A DNA stretch of 64,000 bases, from NCBI GenBank assembly GCA_964106645.2, contig OZ067043.1; one strand, given 5' to 3'. The DNA is from Podarcis pityusensis. Its lineage: Eukaryota. A program made the translations under genes and the position numbers. Shown here in pieces: positions 52,608 to 64,000 of the stretch. Within the stretch, counting starts at the first letter, position 1. Each line of letters begins with the position of its first letter. Under the pieces are notes generated by a model. It searched no databases. It had not been told where the DNA came from and saw nothing but the letters and a program-made list of their open reading frames with translations.

Positions 52608-55600
52608 GCACATTATACCTTTGTCAGAGCCAAGTGAAGGCACTTTTCAGTACTCAGGCGAAAGAATTCTATTGTACCTTAATGATATATTTTGTTTCTG
52701 TGGCCACCATATACAAAAACACAGTATGGTCAAATGATGGGCAGAGTAATGGAAACGGACAAATGCAGCCAGTTTTTTAGGATTGTTGCTGGCTCTAGAA
52801 ACCCACTGCTAGCAAGCTTTCCTTAGCTTTCCTAAGGATAGCTATATCTGAAGATGTTTACCATACCAGTGGGAAGGAAGAAGGGAAGGGAAAAGCTTGC
52901 CCCAGGTAGGGCTTGAGCTTCCCTACCTTCCCTCCTTTCTCTTAACAGCAGAACTTGTACTACAAGGGAGTCAGGAGAAGCCAACATTGCAGGGAAGAAG
53001 CGTGGCAAGGAGAAATCTTGGGGCAGAAAGGAAATATGATGCACAGGACAGCAGCTCACCAGCTCACCTGATTTTCCTAGCCTGGCCCAGCCTGTATCAC
53101 CATAGAAGAGAATTCAGCCACTTCATTTTGATGGCAGAAAATAAGCTACTGCTTTCAGGAAACATTTAGGGGACCATAACCTACTACCGTGGATCTCAAT
53201 GTCACCATAGGCAAGGGGGAAGGCTTTGTCACTGTTCTCTGTTCAAATCAACAGCTTTCATCGATCTCTATGGAATAAAATAAACAGGGTGCAATGCAAT
53301 TCACAGCTTAGGGGGGAGCAAGGCCTGTCTCTTTGAATGAAGGCTGAAGTCGTTTGTATGAGGGAGAACAGACATGCTTTTTACTACACAACACCTGTGA
53401 CCTACTATAGCTGGTACACACCTCTACCCATATAAGAGATTCCACTGAAATGGATGGCACAAAATTAATTGGCTCCATTCTGGATTTCATTCAAGTGAAG
53501 TGTAAAATTTGATTCTTGCCTAGTAGCTGCCCCCACCCCAGTGACATAGAAAAGTGCACCCCCTTAGCTTCTTCTCTATAGAAGAATGTCTGCCATTCAA
53601 CCCTCCAGAATTTAAGATGCCACTATGGTGATCGTGGCCTCCCACAATTTCTTGCACTAGCCTCTGCTGAGAGAAGGGAAAGGAAATGACGCCATTTGCA
53701 CATCAAGCTAAGCCATGTGGACAAGAATCAATGAGCTCGAGCGAAGTATTAGGGTTGCGTTCTCCCCTTTCCTCCTACCATGTAGTTGGGAGGACTTCTG
53801 TCAAGCTTGATTTCTCTTTTACATGTTACACTTAATGCATCTAGTATTTAACTCTTTGAATTTCATTGTTGAAGACACAGTAAAGTATCTCTCACAGCTG
53901 CTGTGGAGTACCTCAAATGAAGTGTCATATTGCAAATTCATATTAGATCTGCTGCAGGCCTCAAAGCTTTGAAAATCTTTACGCTCATCCTCTGCTTGGC
54001 TCAATGACATTTGCTAAATAAACAAATCTGCTATCATTTACATTAGCAAACTGATGGCCCATTTCTAATAATAAGGAATTTTTCACTTTTTAGTAATGTA
54101 AAATAAGGATCCACATCCATCACTTTTAGAAATAGATTTCCCTCTTCAGTGGCCTGCCACCTCTCCAAGAAAAAGCAAAGTATCTTTCATCCCAGTTATA
54201 CAACAAGGCACTGTGTAAAGATTACATATTATACATATATTATTTGGAAACACTGTGTCCTTGGGAAGACTTTTACCTGCCTTGATTTATTGCACACTCC
54301 CTGATGGTTGGCTGACCACAATTATTATCCCTCTGCCCTAATCCCTAAAAATATACTTAGTTGAAAAGAGACATGGAATTGCCTTCCAAATTCTCTTCCT
54401 GATTTGGCATTGAAGTTAATTAAATTTCTCCTTGAGAAACAAGAAATTTGGCCAGAAGAACAGTCAGGTTTTAGAGAAAGCTGTTTCTGCGATGAAAGAA
54501 TTTTCAGTTATTCATATGTGATGGCTAAATACAGTTTTCAGTAATATAACTCTTTCCAGCCTTCATCTATTGAATGAAATTAAGACTCTCCACATAAAAC
54601 CGAATTTGGGAGAAATCACTTTTCAGCTCAGTTAAGCTGTTGAGGGTTGTTGCTTGTTTGTTTTTTGGCCTAGAGTTTTGTGCTGCAGTAAATCAGATTT
54701 GGAGAACCTCTTCGATTCCAACTTCCAATATTGTTAGACTCCCAATTTCCATTGGGCCAGTCAACATGACCAACGGTCACGAATAATGTTATGTATTTAT
54801 ATTGGTTCTTATATTGTAAACCACCCTGTGATCTTTGGATGAAGGGTGATATAGAATTATTTATTTTTATTTTTATTATTAATGGAAGCTGAAATCCAAC
54901 CACATCTAGAGGGCCATAGCTTCCCCATCCCTGCTGTAAATTATGCAGCAAAGCTTTTGGAAGAACTTCAGCTCTAGAGTGGCTTAATAACCTTGGTTAA
55001 AAAAGGATATCATCCCAATGTAAAGAGACAATTATAGATGGTGTAACTTCACAGTGCCTAACAAACTGAAGTTCAATCTTGATTTTTATAGCGTCAATAA
55101 CCAAAATGGATGATGGCATGCCATGAAACCATGTGCTTTAACCTGCTCTTATGATATACCTCCATCCAGGTATTCTTGCAAATGGCATCAGACCAGACCA
55201 GATCATGGAGACATCTCCTATGTGCAAGTGGTTAAATGTGAACCAGGCCTCAGTTTTCTTATTACAAGCAGTTCCCCAAATGAAAAAAGTTGCTTCAGAC
55301 ACTAGATTAGCTAAACAGAAGACAGAAGGACTTCCAAGGAAGGAGTCAGATGATTGCGGAGTGTATCGTTTCTGAAAGTTCGGTGGGGAGCAACTGTGAA
55401 AGGAAAGAAGCGCTCTCCAAGATGGAATCAGATACTTGTCTAGGGAGCTAATATATTGGGAAGGAAATGTTCATATTACACAGCATTATAGATACTACTT
55501 GAAGGAAGCGTTCGATGTCCATATTTTCATATAAACGATCAAGTGGAATACAGTAGTCTTATGCCAAACAATCCAACATTCCACCACTGCAAGGGCAGGC

Positions 55601-56482
55601 ACCTGAAAGGGACTCTCAGGATCTATTTATGGACTCTTCTATAGTGCAATGCTATGCACATTCATATGGCAGCTAAGGTATGTATTCAGTGCAGTATTAA
55701 GTAACCTCCCATGAGTGTAAGTAATTCCACTTGTGCAACGGGACTGTCCTCTTCCCCCCCCCCATGCCCCCTAAAACTGTTCTGGGGATTTCTCCAACCC
55801 TCTGGGGCAGATTTGGGGAGAGTGGTGACACACATGGGGGGAGAAGGAGAGACAAAAGCAAATCCTTATGCTGGTGAGACAATTACTTAGCCCTGCACTA
55901 GGTACAAGCCTGTGTCCTTATGGATTCAAGAGGGCTTATTTCCAGATAAGAGCATAAGATTGTAGCCACAGAAAGATAAATTAGGAATCTGGATGAATTG
56001 TTAAAATATAAAATTCTAAACAGCAATTATGAGAACATGACAGATAAAATTTAGAATTAAACAAAGCAAAGATGAATACAACACTAGGAGAACATTCCTA
56101 GAAATAGGAATTGAAAGACTTAGGGCATCGACATTTATTTTATTTTTTACCGGATTGTATGAACAACAGGATAACAACCAACTAGTATATCTTATGTAAT
56201 CCTCTGAATATGCACTAAACTAAGAACTGGTGACTCTAATCAGCTTCCAGAAATATGAAAACAAAATCCAGAGGATACAGGCTATTGTGGATTTACTAAA
56301 CGAGAAATTAAAAAGCTTCCCCTGAAGACTCTTTGTTCTCTGAGCAATTACCTGATTACTGAAAGTGTGATTATCCTGAACAGACTCATCAGTCTCTGTG
56401 TGATCTGCCTCAATCACTGCATCTGGATGAAAGAGAGCACCATGCACTGTGTGAACTAATTAAAATCTAAATTCCACTCTTA

Positions 56483-56659
<177 letters not shown>

Positions 56660-57806
56660 TTAGCAGTATAACCAATCTGGTAAGCAACCATTTGCCTGGC
56701 TGCCCATGATGAGTAACAATCATCACCAGGTGGTGAATCAGGAAAACTTTACAAAATATGGTCCTTTCCCCCCCTTTTAGCCACCAAGTTCTAATGTTGC
56801 TTTGCATAGGTAGGCAGGCATCATGATATAGTAGCAGTGTTGGGATAATATAGTGATATAGTGTTATAATTTGTGTGTGTAGTGTTAACATAACAATGTT
56901 GCTGCTTAATCACTTAAAAATATGCTTCTAGTTAGTAAGTAGAGCTACTGCTTTGGAAAACAAGAAAATAATGTTTAACACCCTTCTTTTTATTTATTTA
57001 TTTTAAAAGCGTGCCATTAAATATTTTCTTGTTCTGCATTAAAAAAAGTAAGAGTTTCGCTTTCTGAAAGACCACTTGCTCATGTATGTTTTAATAGGAA
57101 CATAGGTAGCTGCCTTATCTTGAGTCTGATCACCGGTCCACTAGCAGCCTGTCTGATCACTGGTCTATCTACCAGCCTGCCACGGCCAGGTGCTAAGTCA
57201 GAAAGAAGAGGATAAACAACTTTCCAGCCTTGTGTCAAAAGGTTAGTAAAATTGTTTTAAGATCTGATCAGTTTGGGGGCTTTACTTGTAATACCTATTT
57301 GAGTTTAATAGTCAAAAGGCAAGAAAGTAAATATTTACAATTCTTTTCCAAAAGAAGGAATTTGGCGCAACAGCAAATAATATACTGGAAGGTTAGGGTT
57401 GTCAATCTCCAGAAGAGGTTTTACTTGCTTAAGGCATTGTTGGAAAAATAATTGCTGCTATCAAGAATGACTCATAAGGCCTCTCAGACTTTGTTCCTCC
57501 TGGGGGCCGAAATCTGAGTAGTTCAGATCCAAAAAAACCAAGGGAGCCAGCCACATAAACAACAGTTTCAGAGGAATAGTGGGAGAAAACAAGATTAATT
57601 TGTAATATTACTTTTCTAGTTCAGCACTGGTAAGCTATGGAAAAATAAGGAATTAGTTCTCTGTCCAGTGTTTGAATCTCATGGAAGCTACTCATGTGTT
57701 ATAAAATGGTTTACTGGACCCACATACAGTACTCTTACTGAAGAACAAAATACTTAAACAGATACAGAAACAAAATTGAAGCCATTCAAGGTATCAGTGG
57801 CTACTA

Positions 57807-57944
<138 letters not shown>

Positions 57945-58569
57945 CTATTGTTAATTAAAAATAAAAGCATGCAGTAACTTTCAACTGTGTTCTTAGGTAG
58001 AAAAAAACCTTTCCTTTTGCATGTTTTATTGCCTTTCATTATATTCCAAGTTTTCAAAGAACTGAATTGTTTAAATAGCTCTTCTCTGTTTTAAATTATA
58101 ACATATTCATAGCTAGATGAGATTCTCTTTTTAATTGCAATCAGGAGTAATTACAGTAAGCCTCCAATATAAAAAAAAAGGCCATAATGATTTCAGGATG
58201 GAGGGAACCACTAATGCTCATTTTATTCTCATTTTATAAGTTAAGCAAGGCATATAGCTCTGACTTCTCTGTTCAACTGATCAGAGCAACTTCCTTTGAC
58301 TTAGTAGTTATACTCCTATCTGACCAGGAAGAGCATCAGAACCAGAGCCTACAAATGCACTGCAGAGACTCTAGCACCAAAACTAAACTACAGTATTTCT
58401 TCCTTTACATTGCAATAATCAGACCACATTACAGAAAGATTTCACTGGGTGTTCATTGAGACTGCACTGGTGTAAGTGGCCTTAAAAGCTGCAGTATGAT
58501 ATCCATCTTGATTGAAGGGAACACCAACAGTTTTGCTACAGGCCTTTCGTACCCCCTTTGCACGTGAAT

Positions 58570-58725
58570 CATAGGCTACAGCTCTCTGCTTTGCATGCAG
58601 TAGGTCCCAGTTTCATACCCCAGTATCTCCAGGTAAGCCTGGTAATGCCCTTTGGAGAGCAGCTGCCAGCTAGTGTAGACCATATGAAGGTAGATGGACC
58701 ACTAGTATGAAGGCAGCTTCCTATG
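58570..58725 (+). mobile_element. Squam3-like SINE, degenerate
   Basis: tgctttgcatgcagtaggtcccag...ggagagcagctgccag...ggcagcttcctatgt. Confidence 0.65.
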
Positions 58726-60646
58726 TGTTTTACACGTAGAAAGGACTTATGCTACTAAAGTCCACCTCAGGGTTGTGCAGCTTCCCCTGGCCCCATTCTA
58801 TGTTAACTGTTGATGCCTGCAGGCGACAGCTTACATGGGTAGACCTCTATGAAAGCTGTTTCCATGCGCAACTTGGTTTCCCTTGCAGACATCCACACCT
58901 AACACATGCATGTTATGGTAGGGCCAAGGACCAAGACAAACTCACGGCTGGGCCCTGCAGCCCTTTCTATGCATGATGCCTCTTTCTGCATCCAATCTGT
59001 TTTCTAGAGACCGGCGCAAAGTGGCAAACGTAAGTGATAATAATGAAGGGCTGCGGTCCCTAAGTTGCTGGGCAGAAATATCTACTCTGCCCTTCTCATC
59101 AGAAACGAGCTTGTGTCACGCTGCCCTGAACCACTGCAGCTTATGCTAGTCAAGTTGCTAATTAGTTTGCTATTTGCTAGTAACAGGAAAATTGCCCACA
59201 GTGTGAACAATTTCATTCCCTGCAACCTATTAGACAGTGCACATTATTAAAGCGGATTTCCAGTATAATGCACTCTTTAGGGATGGTGGGAATTAGAATA
59301 TAATGCTGAGAATATAGAATTTAGGTCAAATGTAGTTACTTCAGCAGCTAGCGAGAGTGCTAGTTAAGTAAAAGAAGAAAAATAAAAACCTTGGTTGATA
59401 TATACTTTATTTAACAGTTGCCAACATAACCTTGGTTTTAAAATACGGTAATCTCAGTTAATATAGAAACAGTTTTGAAAACTGCACCTGAACTTTCAAC
59501 TAGAAACACACACAAATATTCTAGGTTTATCTTTCTTAATCCTAGCATGCTGCTTATGGGAATCCTGACCTGACCCAGAATCCCCAAGTCCTTGTTTTAT
59601 AAAGCTCTTAATCTGCCTCCTTGCAAAACCCAAGGTGTAGTGGGAGTATTAATCTGGGCTTTTTTCAGATCAGTAGACCAAGGTGCTGACCACCTTTGCT
59701 GGTATTGACATAAAGAAGCACCAATTTCGCATAATCTATACAGAGCCTATCTAAATTGTCCTGAATTTTTGCGAAGTGAGCTGGCATATCTTCTTCCGAT
59801 ACCCTTTACTTGTTGTCCATAACATGTGGTTTGAATTTACCTATAAATGTAATTTACCTGTAACATGTGGTTCGAATTTATCTGTAACACTGGTTGCACC
59901 AGTGTTAGAAACTGAGATATGAAAGCTAGGAACTAAATAGCACTTTAAACCTAGGTTATGGGCACAACAACAGAATGTCTAGGTACTTTTTTTATAACAA
60001 GAATACAAAGCTGAAAATGAATGAACTGCAGCTAAAATATTGTGTTCATTTTTCACATGGTCTAGTCCTTCCCCTGCTCACTCCCCTAATATTCTTAAGA
60101 GGGTTTCTTCTTCAGTCTTCAGAGAGTAGCTAGAAGTGGGAAGGCAGAAAAAGGTCCTCCTTTCCTTCCATTCTGCAGTTTAAATCTGAAATATTAGACA
60201 CAGTACTGCACCCAGAGATCAGAAACTGCTTGCGCTAATGAAATTCCCTGTCGCAAAATGCACCTAGAACAATGGGAGTTTCAAGCACTGCTTTGCACCA
60301 GCCCAAGAACCCGACTAAGGGATTCACTGACCCTGGTCATAAACTTCTCTTATTTATTTTGTATTTTTAGCTTGCCCATTCTGAAAGCTCAGTGTTACTA
60401 AACGTATTGCTTTAAAATAGCTGAATTGTAATACAATGCGAGATGCAATAAAATTGCAATTTAAAAACATACTGCATCTAGCATAGAGCATTACAACTTC
60501 TACAACCAGGAAAAAAAAAAAATGGTATTCCATGACCATCAGCAATTTTCAAGTGGTTCACAAAGGGAAAAGTTTGGGAACCACTGGCCTAGGGCTAAAA
60601 ACTCCTGTGCCAATCCCTAAAGTGTGAAGACAGGGATGTAATGTTA

Positions 60647-60874
<228 letters not shown>

Positions 60875-62009
60875 TTAGGAGCCAGCATGTGAAGAGAACG
60901 GCAGTTGCTTGAAATCATGAGAAAGGAAAGAGGGAATGGGTGGTTAATGCTAAGACAATCGCACTCCTGAGGCATTAGGAAACAATGAAGCACAGCTGAA
61001 TACCTCTGCTCCTCTCACATCAACCATACCCCAGTGCCTTGTGCCTATTATGAAAGTCTTTATCATGTGGAGAATTATGTTTTTCTCCTACTGCAAAAAA
61101 TGATGAAGTTGGCAGTTTTGGGAGGGTGGAGGGGATGAGGAAGATGCTGAACAGTGGTTTCAGATGAGCTGAGCGGCTCACAACGATTAATCCACTCCTT
61201 TGGAAAATGCTCATCAGCCTGAAACACTCTCTTAGACTTAGTTCTAGAGAGCATAACAGATGGTTTACGAGGAAAATCCTTGAAAGATAAACCTATTTGT
61301 TATTACAGGCTTGTCCTTTTTCCTTTCACCCCATTACCGAGGCTTGGGCAAGGGAAAAAATAGGCAAAGCAAGCTGATAAACACATATTGTGCACCAGGC
61401 CCAAAAGCAAACCCTGAGGCGTTAAAAAAACAGCAACAACAAAATAACTATTTTGTTGGATCAGAGTAGTGATCCATTGAAAATGTGACGTCCTTTCTCC
61501 AAGGACTGAGTGAAATTCAAGGTGCCACAAAGATGGGGCAAAATAGGGGAGGCTAATGACAACCCAGGAAAAGCTTTTACTGAAGAAGCTTTAAACAAAA
61601 CTTTAAAAGAGATAGCAAGAAAGCATGATGGATAAATAAGAGAAGGTTGTAGAAGATACATAGAGCAGCACGGCAGAAGAATGGGACAAGGAAGGAGAGG
61701 CGCTGAAAGCAGCAGAGAACGTTAGCCCCTGACATTCAATTAGAGAAGACTAAAAAGTTAGGAATGACGCACATACTACCAACTTCTATAGAACTGTAAC
61801 ACCCCCTGGAATGGGTCACTTTTATTTCAAAGGAAAAGCTGCTAGAAAGCCCCAGTCCAAAACAGAAAGATGTTCTGGATCAAGGCCTTGCAGCTGGTTT
61901 TTCTTCAAAATAGAAATAGCCATTTAAGCACGCTGTTTCAAAAGCGTAAATGACATGATTCAGTTTGTGTTAAGATTAAGAATCACTTTGTAATTATCTA
62001 GATACCTAC

Positions 62010-62175
62010 CTCCTGCAGCAATTTCCACTTCTGTAGAGTCCCTCTCCAAACTTCCAGCACTGCTGACTATGTTCATTAAATGAATGGCCGTCCATGCAAA
62101 AGGCATGCGATATCTGCCAAGCCTTTGGCAAAATTGTTCTGATTGACTTTTCAGTTTTTCTAGCTTTTCCTTGTT
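62010..62175 (-). CDS. DOCK7: DOCK7 exon NKEKLEK...EIAAG (166 nt)
   Basis: cag acceptor, gtaggt donor, phase 0/1. Confidence 0.95.
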
Positions 62176-62401
62176 CTGCAGAGGTAAAACCACAAAACTT
62201 ACAAAACTGAAACATTTCTGAATTTTTTCATACTGCCTCTGCTATAAATAAATGCTGGGTTTTCAACAGAAGGAAGTACTGTTTGAATAATGTATGATTT
62301 TTTTTAAATATGAGAAACTTGCAAATGTTTTAAGGGCTACAGAACTATTTAAAAAAAGACACCACCTGCATTTAGGGCGAAACCCATTGAAAACTGCTTA
62401 C

Positions 62402-62482
62402 CTTTGCAGCATCTGCTTCTTTTAAAATCATATATGGCTCTGCACACTCCCCAATATCTCCCTGTTGTAGTACCTTTTCCAG
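62402..62482 (-). CDS. DOCK7: DOCK7 exon LEKVLQQ...EADAAK (81 nt)
   Basis: cag acceptor, gtaag donor, phase 0/0. Confidence 0.95.
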
Positions 62483-64000
62483 CTGTAGGGGTGGGAAGTG
62501 GGATGGGATTGAAGAAGGAAAGGAAGAGGCAAGCATGATGTTTGAGATACGTACACCACACATATACACAATGAACTGACTAGCCAGCGCAGTTTAAGCT
62601 ACCCACCCAGACACCCACCCAATCAGGTAGACTGCCCTTCCTCTTTTGAACCAGCAATATAAACTGCAACTATAAAAGGTAAAGAGAGGCTTCAGCTATG
62701 TATGTGCAAGCAATTTCAACTGCATAGTCAATGCCCCTGAAGAAGTCACAGAGGAACCCCTGCCTAAAGTTTTGGCTTTGGGGCTTTGATCGGTTGAGAG
62801 CCAAACCAAGGCATTTTTGTTGGATGTGCCATGCTCTGGAACATCTAGTTACAAGTGAGACCAGACAAGGGAAGAAGAAAAATGCAGTGTGGAGTCTTCC
62901 TGTTTGGTTTTCCTGCCACTCCATTCCATTCTCCCCACCGAGCCGTTGGCCAGCACTCCGCAGCCACTGAGCATGCTCAATTCTCACTGGTCCAACCCCC
63001 CCCCCATTTCTGTACTTCTGCAAACCTTGATATTTCCCCAAAGCCTGCTGATACCTCCGCCTACATCTTCTGTGTGGATGCTACCATTGTGGCTACATAT
63101 AGCTACCTGGAACTAATTTACTGTTAAATATATGTGGAAATTTAAAAAGGAGACACAGCTAAGCAAAACTTTCTGAAAGTATTATTACTTTCTTCAAGGA
63201 GAATTTTGGGGAAAATGTGTAGGAGAGCTGTGAACATTCTCCATAAATGTTTTATTTAGCTGTCTCTCTCTTAGAGAAAGAATCAAGCCTTGAAGCAAGG
63301 CAGAGTTTATGATGGACAGTTTTACCCAGATTGTTTCTTATCTTTTGGCATTTATATTTCTAAAGATCCTTTTGCACAGCTCAATTCAAATGTCACCGAG
63401 AGAGGTTAATAACATGGCATTCATTTAGAGAGGTTTTCTTATCGCATTGCTGGTGGGGAAACCCAGGCTCTGCTATAAACAAGAAAAGTTCACTCCCTCA
63501 TAGATATCCTATGTGGATGAAGCAAGCAAACAAGCTGGAGGAGGAGGCGGGGGGGGGGGGAGGACAACATTTAGGAAACACGCTTGTTCCCAGCAACTAA
63601 CCATATTCATATATTCATTCACCCTAATCTGATACAATGATATGGCCACGGAAACAGGTTTTTGCATGTGCTCCTCTTGTTGGATCTGGAAATACTTATG
63701 CAAAAGGTTGCTGCATGAGCAATTTATAATACTGGATGTCTTCACCTAGCACACAGGCATGTTTCTATGACTCCAAAAAGCATCAAAACAGATGGTCAGC
63801 ACCATCGGTTTGGACAATACTGATAATCTGTGAGGAGGTGGAAGGTGCTAAATTCAGCCCAGGTTCTACATCTTCTCAATTGGGGTGGGGGGTGGGGTTA
63901 AGGTTGGCTTGGAACCAAAGTCCCTCCTCCCACTCTTTCAAAAGCACAAATGGCACTGCCAAGGCTGACAGTTCCAAACATTTGCTGGGCAACTAAGTAC

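Noticed and set aside
61461-61725. Strong orphan acceptor gctaac-gttctctgctgctttcag (minus strand)
   Set aside because: No credible in-frame donor follows, and the downstream frame is low-complexity pyrimidine-rich sequence.

Overview
Eukaryotic genomic DNA from a squamate reptile, probably a lacertid lizard (inferred from a full-length Sauria-type SINE, Bov-B and Squam3-like repeats). The minus strand carries the central part of DOCK7: 34 coding exons traced by hand from 62482 down to 5542, all GT-AG and phase-consistent, 4446 nt / 1482 codons. These cover DHR-1 and the first part of DHR-2; both gene ends lie outside the window. The complete 7-exon ANGPTL3 gene (459 aa) sits antisense in a 17.6 kb DOCK7 intron, which is the known vertebrate arrangement. 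Most ORFs in the supplied track are intronic noise. The most interesting signals are splicing-related: an in-frame 18-nt microexon candidate (15033-15050), and a region in the DHR-2-coding introns (1-7318) holding the 15-nt STGWE microexon, further candidate mini-exons, RBFOX/QKI motifs and a perfect 14-bp long-range complementary pair spanning 1.9 kb. Lizard ANGPTL3 also lacks the mammalian RAPR convertase site. Comparisons with human proteins are from memory and were not computed.
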